DNA of 64,000 bases, taken from an uncultured Candidatus Saccharibacteria bacterium. Lineage in GTDB: Bacteria; Patescibacteriota; Saccharimonadia; Saccharimonadales; Saccharimonadaceae. The stretch spans positions 2,400 to 66,399 of the forward strand of contig CAZNEX010000003.1 in assembly GCA_964572775.1 (NCBI GenBank), in the 5' to 3' direction. The position numbers and the translations under genes were made by a program. Below the pieces are notes generated by a model, which was not told the origin of the DNA, searched no databases, and saw nothing but the letters and a program-made list of their open reading frames with translations. Shown in pieces: positions 9,078 through 17,765 of the stretch. Position 1 is the stretch's first letter; each line of letters starts with the position of its first letter.

Positions 9078-11062
9078 TGGATTGGTTATTTGGTCGTTTG
9101 AGTCTTGATTATTTGCCTAAAGATCCTGCTACGATTGGTGCGGCAATCGGCATGCCGCTGCTTGTTTTTGCGGTAGTCGGTCTGTTGTGGAAGTATAAGA
9201 AAATCGGCTGGTTATGGCGCGAGTGGCTAACCAGTGTCGATGCCAAGCGGATAGGTGTTATGTATATTGTTGTGGCGGTTTTGATGCTTGTGCGTGGTAT
9301 TGGCGATGCATTTATGATTCGCAGTCATACGGCGATGTCGGGTCCGGGGCATGAAGGGCTCTTTTCGTCGGATATGTTTCAGCAGGTGTTTACCGCTCAT
9401 GGCACAATCATGATCTTTTTTGTAGCAATGGGGTTGATGTTTGGTCTGATCAATGTCGTTCTGCCGCTGATGCTTGGCGCGCGCGATGTGGCTTTTCCTT
9501 GGCTCAATAGCGTTAGTTTTTGGTTATTTGTGGCAGGCATGCTGCTTTGTAATGTAGCGCTGATGCTCGGCGGCTTTAGCAATGGCGGCTGGCTTGGTTA
9601 TCCGCCGCTAACAGAGCTGGCCTATAATCCAGGTCCTGGCGTTGATTACTGGTTGTGGAGTTTGCAGATCGCGGGTATCGGTAGTTTGCTGTCTGGCATC
9701 AACTTTATTGTTACTATTATCAAAAAACGTGCTAATGGTATGACATTGATGAAAATGCCGATTTTTTCGTGGAGTGTTTTGGTCAGTATGGCGCTGGTGG
9801 TAATTTCGTTTCCACTTTTAACAGTTAGTTTAGCGCTGCTGTCTCTCGATCGATTGATGGGCATGCATTTCTTTACAACCGAAATGGGCGGTAACCCGAT
9901 GCTTTATGTCAATTTGATCTGGGCGTGGGGACATCCAGAAGTATATATTTTAGTGTTGCCCGCCTTTGGAATTTATAGCGAAATCGTGGCAACATTTGCT
10001 CGCAAAAAACTATTTGGCTATACGACAATGGTGGCAGCGCTTGTTGCGATAATGTTCTTCAGTTTTGTGGTTTGGCTACATCACTTTTTCACAATGGGAG
10101 CAGGCGCCAATGTCAATGCATTTTTTGGGATTATGACGATGATTATTGCTGTACCAACAGGTGTAAAAATCTTTAACTGGTTGTTTACGATGTATCGCGG
10201 ACGGATTCGTTTTACTAGTCCGTTTGTCTGGTTTTTGTGTTTTGTGGTGACATTTACGATTGGTGGTGTAACTGGTGTAATGATGTCGGTGCCAGCCGTC
10301 GATTTTCAAGTTCATAATACATTGTTTTTGGTGGCGCATTTTCATAACACGATTATTGGCGGTGTTGTTTTTGGATTTTTGGCAGGTATAACTTACTGGT
10401 TCCCAAAACTATTTGGTTTTCGACTCAATGAACGAATTGGTAAGTACGCTGCATATGCTTGGCAGTTGGGCTTTATTGTGACATTTATGCCGCTTTATGC
10501 ACTTGGTCTAATGGGAGCAGTGCGGCGGATTGACTCGTATAGTGATCCATCTTGGAAACCATTGTTTATTGTTAGCGCTGTCGGAGTTTGTATCATTTTG
10601 CTTGGCGTTGGCTTACAAGTCTTGCAGTTCATCGTTAGTATTATTAATCGAAAAAAGAATCTCGATTTGACGGGCGATCCTTGGGATGGGCGCACACTCG
10701 AGTGGTCTGTTCCAAGTCCAGCGCCTTTTTATAATTTTGCGATCGATCCGAAAGTCTCTCGGCGCGATGAGTGGTGGTATGCAAAAAAAGAAACCAATCG
10801 TCGTCCGCACAAGAGTGAATATCACGATATACATTTGCCAAAAAATAGCGGTGCAGGTGTCTATGTGGGACTTGTTTCGGCACTCGGCGGTTTTGCGATT
10901 GTTTGGCATATGTGGTGGCTTGCTGCGTTGTCTCTGGTTATTATTATCGTTGTTGTTGTCGCCAAAACGTTTGATGACGACAGTGAGTATAAGGTCAGTG
11001 CGGCTGAGTTATTTGAGTATGATAAAAAACGATTTATCAAAAATGAGAAGGCTGTAGTATGA
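9077..11062 (+). CDS. cyoB: cytochrome bo3-type quinol oxidase subunit I (heme-copper oxidase)
   Basis: WAWGHPEVYILVLPAFG and HHFFTMG (CuB/heme ligands) in a polytopic protein of about 660 aa. The start overlaps the cyoA stop (TGATG); GTG 9074 is an alternative. Confidence 0.95.
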   Translation: MDWLFGRLSLDYLPKDPATIGAAIGMPLLVFAVVGLLWKYKKIGWLWREWLTSVDAKRIGVMYIVVAVLMLVRGIGDAFMIRSHTAMSGPGHEGLFSSDMFQQVFTAHGTIMIFFVAMGLMFGLINVVLPLMLGARDVAFPWLNSVSFWLFVAGMLLCNVALMLGGFSNGGWLGYPPLTELAYNPGPGVDYWLWSLQIAGIGSLLSGINFIVTIIKKRANGMTLMKMPIFSWSVLVSMALVVISFPLLTVSLALLSLDRLMGMHFFTTEMGGNPMLYVNLIWAWGHPEVYILVLPAFGIYSEIVATFARKKLFGYTTMVAALVAIMFFSFVVWLHHFFTMGAGANVNAFFGIMTMIIAVPTGVKIFNWLFTMYRGRIRFTSPFVWFLCFVVTFTIGGVTGVMMSVPAVDFQVHNTLFLVAHFHNTIIGGVVFGFLAGITYWFPKLFGFRLNERIGKYAAYAWQLGFIVTFMPLYALGLMGAVRRIDSYSDPSWKPLFIVSAVGVCIILLGVGLQVLQFIVSIINRKKNLDLTGDPWDGRTLEWSVPSPAPFYNFAIDPKVSRRDEWWYAKKETNRRPHKSEYHDIHLPKNSGAGVYVGLVSALGGFAIVWHMWWLAALSLVIIIVVVVAKTFDDDSEYKVSAAELFEYDKKRFIKNEKAVV

Positions 11063-11637
11063 AAAAAGATCTAAGTCAAAATCTAACGACCAACTATGGT
11101 TTTTGGCTCTACTTGATGAGCGATGTGATGATTTTTGGTGCTTTGTTTGCTTGTTTTATGGTGCTGCGTTCTAGTATTGCCGATGGTCCGAGTATCGCAG
11201 AAATTGTAGTGCCGACAACCGCCTTATTGCAAACGATTGCGCTATTGTCTAGTAGTTTTACGGCAGGGATGGCCCAAGTCGCTCTGCGTTACCAAAAACA
11301 ACGTGACTTTGTAATTTATATGCTGGCAACTTTTGGCTTTGGCTTATTCTTCTTTATTTTGGAAATGCAAGAATTTAGCCACCTAGTCAGCGAGGGCGCT
11401 AGCTGGCAGGTAAGTGCAGCAATGTCGGCTTTTTTTGCGCTAGTCGGTACGCATGGTCTGCACATACTTATTGGCTTGATTTGGCTAGCGACGCTTGGTT
11501 ATTTCTACTGGCGCCGTGGTAATACAACTAACTTTCAATCAAAGCTAGCATTGTTTGTGTTATTTTGGCATTTTCTTGATTTGGTCTGGATTTGGCTATT
11601 TGTGATTGTCTATCTATTTGGAGCAGGGAGAATATAA
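11059..11637 (+). CDS. cyoC: quinol oxidase subunit III
   Basis: Five-TM subunit III-like protein (FWHFLDLVWIWLF). ATGA overlap with cyoB. Confidence 0.9.
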   Translation: MKKDLSQNLTTNYGFWLYLMSDVMIFGALFACFMVLRSSIADGPSIAEIVVPTTALLQTIALLSSSFTAGMAQVALRYQKQRDFVIYMLATFGFGLFFFILEMQEFSHLVSEGASWQVSAAMSAFFALVGTHGLHILIGLIWLATLGYFYWRRGNTTNFQSKLALFVLFWHFLDLVWIWLFVIVYLFGAGRI

Positions 11638-11993
11638 TGAAAGATCATTATCTTAAATCTACTATCAAAATGTCGGTCGGCTTCGTTGTGGCACTTGGAC
11701 TAAGTTACTTGGCTTATTTTGCGGCTACACAAGGTTGGTGGGGCAAGTATCTTGCACTTGGTCTGATGATTCTAGCGGCCACTCAGTTTGTTTGGCAATT
11801 GGTGGTTTTCTTGCATGTCGGTCGTGAAGCCAAGCCGCGTTTTACATTGTGGAGTTTAATTTGCGGTATATTTATGATGTTAGTTGTGGTTGTTGGGTCA
11901 TTGTGGGTGATGGCGAATCTCAATTACAATATGCACATCAAGCCTGCCGATGCCAACCAGTACATGCTTGAGCAAAATAAAAAAGGTTTTTAG
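11637..11993 (+). CDS. cyoD: quinol oxidase subunit IV
   Basis: Three-TM small subunit in the canonical operon position. TAATG overlap with cyoC. The upstream ATG 11592 lies inside cyoC and is unlikely to be used. Confidence 0.75.
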   Translation: MKDHYLKSTIKMSVGFVVALGLSYLAYFAATQGWWGKYLALGLMILAATQFVWQLVVFLHVGREAKPRFTLWSLICGIFMMLVVVVGSLWVMANLNYNMHIKPADANQYMLEQNKKGF

Positions 11994-12853
11994 TGTCGAC
12001 AATAGAAGATTATTACCAACTAGTAAAGCCAGGCATTGTCTACGGTAACCTGATCCACGCCGTTGCTGGTGCCTTGTTTGCGGTTTCTTATAGCTGGTCA
12101 TGGACGACATTTATAGCGATGATGGCGGGCGTCAGTCTAGTGATAGCATCAGCCTGTGTTGCCAACAACATAATCGATCGCCGTTATGATAGCAAAATGG
12201 AGCGCACCAAGCAGCGTGCAATGGCGACACATCGTATTGGCATCAAACAGGCAGTTTTGTATTCGTTTGGATTGGCCGCGATCGGCTTTATTTTTTTGAT
12301 ATTATTTACCAATACCCTAACGGTGCTGCTTGGAGTGCTTGCATATATTAGCTACGTTGGTTTTTATACGCTCAGCAAACCGCGCACGCGTTGGAGCACG
12401 TTTATCGGTACAATACCGGGTGCTTTACCTGGCGTTGCTGGCTATACGGCTCTTTCGAACCAATTGACATTTGAAGCTTGGATGATTGGACTTATTTTGA
12501 TTGCTTGGCAGCTGCCGCATTTTTTTGCGATTGGTCTACGGCGCAGCAAAGAGTATGAGCGTGCTGGTTTTCCGCTATTTGTAGTTGGTCATCAACCGAA
12601 GCAAGGGCGTCTAATAATCATTGCGTCGCTAGCAATCTATGCACTATGCGTATTCATTTTTTCTGCATTTGCGCTAAGTCCGGTTGCTGGCGGCTTATTC
12701 TGTGCCCTGACAGGCTGGTGGTTAGTGTCGGCTGTTTTTGACAAGCGTTCAAGCCAGCTGTGGGCCAAGTCGGTATTTTTAAAATCATTGGTGTTAACAC
12801 TGGCATTGCCAATCATCGGATTGGTAGAAGTGGTTTTTGTACGCTGGTTATAG
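11993..12853 (+). CDS. cyoE: protoheme IX farnesyltransferase (heme O synthase)
   Basis: UbiA-family polytopic protein (YYQLVKPGIVYGNL, NNIIDRRYD Asp-rich motif). GTG start overlaps the cyoD stop. Confidence 0.9.
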   Translation: MSTIEDYYQLVKPGIVYGNLIHAVAGALFAVSYSWSWTTFIAMMAGVSLVIASACVANNIIDRRYDSKMERTKQRAMATHRIGIKQAVLYSFGLAAIGFIFLILFTNTLTVLLGVLAYISYVGFYTLSKPRTRWSTFIGTIPGALPGVAGYTALSNQLTFEAWMIGLILIAWQLPHFFAIGLRRSKEYERAGFPLFVVGHQPKQGRLIIIASLAIYALCVFIFSAFALSPVAGGLFCALTGWWLVSAVFDKRSSQLWAKSVFLKSLVLTLALPIIGLVEVVFVRWL

Positions 12854-12899
12854 TAAAATAACCATAAACAGCTTCAAATAGAAAGACTAGAGGACGGAC

Positions 12900-14096
12900 G
12901 TGAGAATTACAATTGTTGGCGGTGGGTTTGCTGGCGTAAAGACTGCTTTGGAGCTAGCGAAAGATAGTAGTTTTGAGATTCTTTTGATTACCAACAAGTC
13001 AGATTTTCAGTATTATCCATCTCTCTATAGTACCGCAACTGGCAAAAGTCACCTCGAAAGTTGGGTGCCGTTAGGTGAGATTTTTGCAAACCATGACAAT
13101 GTCAAAGTTGTTATTGACACAATCATTGGAGTTGATACCGAAAATAAGAGCCTAGTTGGCCTATCGGAAAATCGATATGATTATGAAACCTGCATCATTG
13201 CCGTCGGTATGGTAACGACTTATTTTGGTATACCAGGATTGGATCAGTACTCGTACGGCATAAAATCGGTCGAAGAAATACGCCGCTTAAAAGAACGTCT
13301 CTACAAAGATTTGGGCGAAAATAAGCAACTTGATAAAAATTATGTTGTTGTTGGTGGCGGTCCAACTGGTGTGGAGCTAGCCGGCGCTTTGGGGACATAC
13401 ATCAAAAAACTGAGCAAATATTATGGTATTAAAAGACCGCGAGTCAATATACGACTAATTGAAGCTGCGCCGCGAATTTTGCCTAGGTCGCACGAGAATT
13501 CCAGCAAAAAAGCTGCAAAACGGCTCGAAAAGCTGGGCGTCAAAGTGCAAGTTGGTCAAGCCGTTCAGAAAGAAACAGCCGAAGCGATTATTGTGGCTGG
13601 TCGACCGATTGCTTCACATACGGTTATTTGGACATCCGGTGTCATGAATAATCCATTATTTTCGGCTAATCCATCGCTATTCGAGCTAACTGCAAATGGA
13701 CGGGTTAAAGTCGACGAATACATGAGCGTTAGCAAAAATATTTACGTTTTAGGCGATAACGCCGCTACGCCCTTTAGCGGCTTGGCGCAAACTGCTCTTC
13801 ACGATGCAAAATTTGTAGCCAGCAATCTCAAAAGAAAAAAAGCTGGTCAACCACTCAAAAAATACCAGCCTGTCCAGCCAGCCTCGTCGATTCCAATTGG
13901 CAATAATTGGGCGATTTTTGAGTGGAAAAAACTACGTCTTTACGGATTTTTAGCATCTATGATTCGACGTTGCGCAGATTTTGTCGGCTATTCCGATATT
14001 TTGCCGATTGGTCAGGCAATTCGACCTTGGCATGCCTCAACGATTTATGAAAAAGATTATTTCGCACCAGAACCATATAAAAAAGCCAAACGATAG
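12900..14096 (+). CDS. ndh: type II NADH dehydrogenase (NDH-2) / FAD-dependent pyridine nucleotide-disulfide oxidoreductase
   Basis: Two Rossmann motifs (IVGGGFAGV, VVGGGPTGVE) and the LGDNA motif. GTG start. Lies directly downstream of the cyo operon. Confidence 0.85.
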   Translation: MRITIVGGGFAGVKTALELAKDSSFEILLITNKSDFQYYPSLYSTATGKSHLESWVPLGEIFANHDNVKVVIDTIIGVDTENKSLVGLSENRYDYETCIIAVGMVTTYFGIPGLDQYSYGIKSVEEIRRLKERLYKDLGENKQLDKNYVVVGGGPTGVELAGALGTYIKKLSKYYGIKRPRVNIRLIEAAPRILPRSHENSSKKAAKRLEKLGVKVQVGQAVQKETAEAIIVAGRPIASHTVIWTSGVMNNPLFSANPSLFELTANGRVKVDEYMSVSKNIYVLGDNAATPFSGLAQTALHDAKFVASNLKRKKAGQPLKKYQPVQPASSIPIGNNWAIFEWKKLRLYGFLASMIRRCADFVGYSDILPIGQAIRPWHASTIYEKDYFAPEPYKKAKR

Positions 14097-14141
14097 CCTA
14101 AATTGTGCTATAATATTTATCAGTAACAGAGAGAGGGGTAT

Positions 14142-14798
14142 ATGGCGACAACCAAGAGCCAAAGAATTGGCATATTGATAATTTTGATATTTACGATCGT
14201 TGGAACTATCGGCTCATTTGCGGTGATGATTTTATCGACTAGCAATAGCCAACAAGATTCTAAACGATATCAAGCAGCGTTCGATAAGTGGCAGGCTGGA
14301 CAAAGCGAGTACAACAAGAAACTGGAAGCTCAGAACAAGGAGCTGTCAGATCGCTATTATCCAATCTTGCAACCGTACACCAGTCGGCCAGCTAGCTTCA
14401 ATAAAGATGATGTCAAAGAACTAAAAACCGAGGATTTGGTTATCGGTGAAGGCGCCGAAGTGACTGAAGACTTAGCATTTGCGGCTTACTATATTGGCTG
14501 GAACCCAGATGGCAAAGTCTTTGACCAATCGGTTGACAATAATGCTTTGAAGCAACCTCTTTCAATCGAAGGTTTAAAAAATGGCGGTGTTATTGAAGGC
14601 TGGGTAGAAGGGATAAAGGGCATGAAAATCGGCGGCGTGCGAGAGCTGACGATTCCATCAGACAAAGCTTATAAGGAAACAGGCAAAGGAACTGATATCC
14701 CGCCAAATACACCGCTAAAATTCATCGTCATGGTCGTTGAAAAGCCAGCGACAATCGCCCAGCCAGAAATTCCAAAAGAACTAATGAGAGGCTACTAA
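14142..14798 (+). CDS. membrane-anchored FKBP-type peptidyl-prolyl isomerase
   Basis: N-terminal TM helix followed by an FKBP domain (YIGWNPDGKVFDQS...GMKIGGVRELTIPSDKAYG-like...PNTPLKFIV). Confidence 0.85.
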   Translation: MATTKSQRIGILIILIFTIVGTIGSFAVMILSTSNSQQDSKRYQAAFDKWQAGQSEYNKKLEAQNKELSDRYYPILQPYTSRPASFNKDDVKELKTEDLVIGEGAEVTEDLAFAAYYIGWNPDGKVFDQSVDNNALKQPLSIEGLKNGGVIEGWVEGIKGMKIGGVRELTIPSDKAYKETGKGTDIPPNTPLKFIVMVVEKPATIAQPEIPKELMRGY

Positions 14799-15736
14799 TG
14801 TCGGCGAATCAACATGAACTGATTGTTATCGGTGCTGGCCCTAGTGCGTTAGCGGCTGCCATCTACACCACCCGCGAAAATATCACTACGACTTTGTATG
14901 AAAAATCTGTTATTGGCGGGTTAGCTGCTATAACCGATCAAGTCGATAATTATCCTGGTTTTGCAGATGGTGTTCCTGGTATGCAACTTGCTGAGCAGCT
15001 CGAGGCGCAAGCCCGTCGTTTTGGAGCTGATATTCAGTTTGGCGAGGTTTCAAATGTCATTCGTGAAAACAACCAAATCAAAGTTACAGTTGACGGCCAC
15101 GAACACACAACCAAAACACTGTTGATTGCAACAGGCAGTGACTACAACAAGATCAATGTGCCAGGCGAAGCCGAGCTATATGGGCGCGGTGTTCACTACT
15201 GTGCAACTTGTGACGGTGCTTTTTATCGAGACAAAAAGTTAGCGGTGGTTGGCGGTGGTAATTCGGGCGTACAAGAAACAATCTTTTTGACAAGATTTGC
15301 TAGTCATATTGACTTGATCGTTAGAAGCACCCTAAAAGCCAGCGAAGTTTTGCAAGAAGAATTGCAAAAGTATATCGATGAAGGCAAAGTGACGGTTCAT
15401 TTGCAGACGACGATTTGCGAAATCAAAGTCGACGACAATCGCTTGAATGGCGTTACCTTGAGCCATGATGGTAAATTATCTGATCTAGACGTCGACGGCG
15501 TGTTTGTGTTTGTTGGCCTAAAGCCAAATACTCAGTTTCTAGTAGGTAGTGGTGTTGAGCTTGATGAAGTTGGGCTGATCAAAACTGATCAAAAATTGAT
15601 GACATCAGTTGAAGGTGTTTTTGCGAGCGGTGACGTTCGCAGTGGCGCAACTATGCAAATTGCCAGTGCTGTTGGCGAAGGCGCTACAGCTGCTTTGAGT
15701 ATTCGCGAATATATCGACGAGCACAAAAACGACTAG
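14798..15736 (+). CDS. trxB: thioredoxin-disulfide reductase
   Basis: GAGPSALAAA and GGGNSGVQE dinucleotide motifs with a CATCDG redox centre. Confidence 0.93.
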   Translation: MSANQHELIVIGAGPSALAAAIYTTRENITTTLYEKSVIGGLAAITDQVDNYPGFADGVPGMQLAEQLEAQARRFGADIQFGEVSNVIRENNQIKVTVDGHEHTTKTLLIATGSDYNKINVPGEAELYGRGVHYCATCDGAFYRDKKLAVVGGGNSGVQETIFLTRFASHIDLIVRSTLKASEVLQEELQKYIDEGKVTVHLQTTICEIKVDDNRLNGVTLSHDGKLSDLDVDGVFVFVGLKPNTQFLVGSGVELDEVGLIKTDQKLMTSVEGVFASGDVRSGATMQIASAVGEGATAALSIREYIDEHKND

Positions 15737-16725
15737 TCGATTATTTGTGTTTGCAAAAAGTTTTCGAGTTGTCGAATGACACTGCCATCCGACGTCAAAA
15801 GCGCAATTTCGCGCGTACCTAGCGTGCCGCCGCTTGCTACGAAATTATGCGAGCCAGTGATTGCTTGAACACTGCCATCGCTCATGTAAAACAAAACAAA
15901 CTTGGCATGAAGATAGCTCTTTTTTTGGTACGATGTTTTGATGCGATGAAAAGTACTGCTTGCCAAAATCAAAATCGAATTGAGAGAATCTTCAGCATTG
16001 CGCCAGTTATTAAAATAATACTGCGTGTCTTTAGACTTTAAAATGCGGCTAAGTTTTCCAGTTGGGCAATACTGCGAGACGTAGACGATGCGCTCGGCCT
16101 GTTTGGCTAGATCGCAAGCCGTACGATAAATGATAGAATCGAACATTCGACCGCCATCTATCAAAATACGATCATTATCGATTGAAAAATGATGACTCGG
16201 ATACGAGACGCCGGCTTTGTCGGTGTTGATGACCATATCGTGTTCGCTAGCTAAACGTTCGGCAAGCTTCGGATGTTCGCGTCGCAAAAAAAAGTCATTG
16301 TTGTGCAGACCTTCGGCATAAAGATTGATGCCGCCAAATGAGTAGACGACATTATCGACGATCGACCACTTGATATGAGTACGACGCGAAAAAAAGGTTG
16401 CGCCAAATTGACCTAGCCATCGAACCTTGATGCCATGTTTTTGTAATTTTTTGCGCGTTGCTTTCATAGATCGAACTTGGTCTCTAAAATACGCCCAGCG
16501 CGAAGCAGTTCCGGCCAACTCTTTGAAGGTAAAGTAAGTATCGAGTCCAATACTAACATGGACGCCGCGTCTACCAGCTCGGCAAAGTGCCTCAATAATG
16601 TCGTGTGTCATTTCATCTTCAGAAACGACCAGTGCAATGATATCAATTCTTTCAGTAGCAGCATCTATCGAGCGAACTAGATCTTCAGTGTACTCTGTAG
16701 GCAGCAGCAGTTTATATCCTGACAT
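15733..16725 (-). CDS. phospholipase D-family protein (two HKD motifs, cardiolipin/phosphatidylserine synthase-like, no TM)
   Basis: HIKWSIVDNVVYSFGGIN (HxKx4D...GGxN) and HAKFVLFY...GSHN. TATACT lies 7 nt upstream of the ATG. Confidence 0.75.
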   Translation of the reverse strand: MSGYKLLLPTEYTEDLVRSIDAATERIDIIALVVSEDEMTHDIIEALCRAGRRGVHVSIGLDTYFTFKELAGTASRWAYFRDQVRSMKATRKKLQKHGIKVRWLGQFGATFFSRRTHIKWSIVDNVVYSFGGINLYAEGLHNNDFFLRREHPKLAERLASEHDMVINTDKAGVSYPSHHFSIDNDRILIDGGRMFDSIIYRTACDLAKQAERIVYVSQYCPTGKLSRILKSKDTQYYFNNWRNAEDSLNSILILASSTFHRIKTSYQKKSYLHAKFVLFYMSDGSVQAITGSHNFVASGGTLGTREIALLTSDGSVIRQLENFLQTQIID

Positions 16726-16801
16726 AGATACTAGTATACATGATTTCGATGACTAATTTTGCTATAATACAACTAGTTAACTATCAAAATATGGAGGAAA
16801 A

Positions 16802-17332
16802 ATGGCTGATTTTAATCAAGTACTTACGCCAGGTGACATAGATGCCGGTGTTTTGAACACAGTAGTCGAGATTTCTGAAGGAAGTCGTCTAAAGATTGAA
16901 TGGGATCGGAAACGAGCCGTTTTTATGCTCGATCGGGTCGAGCCGCGGATTTTTGCTAAGCCATGTAACTATGGTTTTATACCGCAAACACTCGATCAAG
17001 ACGGAGACGAACTTGACACCTTGATCATTTGTCCAGAACCTTTGCCAACTGGTATTTGGCTAGAAGCGCGCATTATTGGCGTCATGAAGTTTGAAGACGA
17101 CGGTGAAGTCGACGATAAAATCGTCGTAGTGCCAGCCGATAACCGTGACGATGCCGATGCTATTCATAGTCTTGAACAGCTATCGCAACTCACTAAACAG
17201 CTAGAAAATCACTTCACCCACTACAAAGATCTCAAAAAACCTGGTTCTACAAAAGTGCTTGGTTGGGGCGATGTTGATGAAGCAAAGGCTATCATCCGCG
17301 ACTGTATCGAACGCTACAAAACTGAAGGCTAA
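16802..17332 (+). CDS. ppa: inorganic pyrophosphatase (family I)
   Basis: NTVVEISEGSRLKIEWD, YGFIPQTLDQDGDELD and DDKIVVVP motifs. GGAGGA Shine-Dalgarno. Confidence 0.93.
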   Translation: MADFNQVLTPGDIDAGVLNTVVEISEGSRLKIEWDRKRAVFMLDRVEPRIFAKPCNYGFIPQTLDQDGDELDTLIICPEPLPTGIWLEARIIGVMKFEDDGEVDDKIVVVPADNRDDADAIHSLEQLSQLTKQLENHFTHYKDLKKPGSTKVLGWGDVDEAKAIIRDCIERYKTEG

Positions 17333-17333
17333 T

Positions 17334-17765
17334 ATGCAAAATATAAATATTGGTAAGGTGCTTGTTCGCTGCAAAGTAGATGGCAAATACCTTATTTTAC
17401 GCGAAAGTATGTGGCCAGAGAGACCAGACCGATCACAAAAACCTGATTTACCAGGTGGTATGGTTGAGAGTGGCGAAACAATATATGAAGCAGCAATACG
17501 CGAAGCTCAAGAAGAAGCCGGTATTGCTATTGATGAAGACAGTTTGCTGCCAGCTTATACATACTCATTTTTTCGCCCTGATAAGCTTGATTATGGTTGT
17601 TGGATGCTGTTTTTGGTTGAACTTGAACAAAAGCCAGAGATCAAACTTAGTTGGGAACATGAAGCCTATATGTGGCTCAATGCAGAAGAAGTTTTAGCAT
17701 TAGAAATTAGAGATCCATACCCCGAAGTATTTAAGTTTCTCCAAAAATCAGGACAGCTAATTTAG
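17334..17765 (+). CDS. Nudix hydrolase
   Basis: Nudix box GGMVESGETIYEAAIREAQEEAGI. ATG 17334 follows the ppa stop directly. The longer ORF starting at 17259 overlaps ppa. Confidence 0.8.
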   Translation: MQNINIGKVLVRCKVDGKYLILRESMWPERPDRSQKPDLPGGMVESGETIYEAAIREAQEEAGIAIDEDSLLPAYTYSFFRPDKLDYGCWMLFLVELEQKPEIKLSWEHEAYMWLNAEEVLALEIRDPYPEVFKFLQKSGQLI

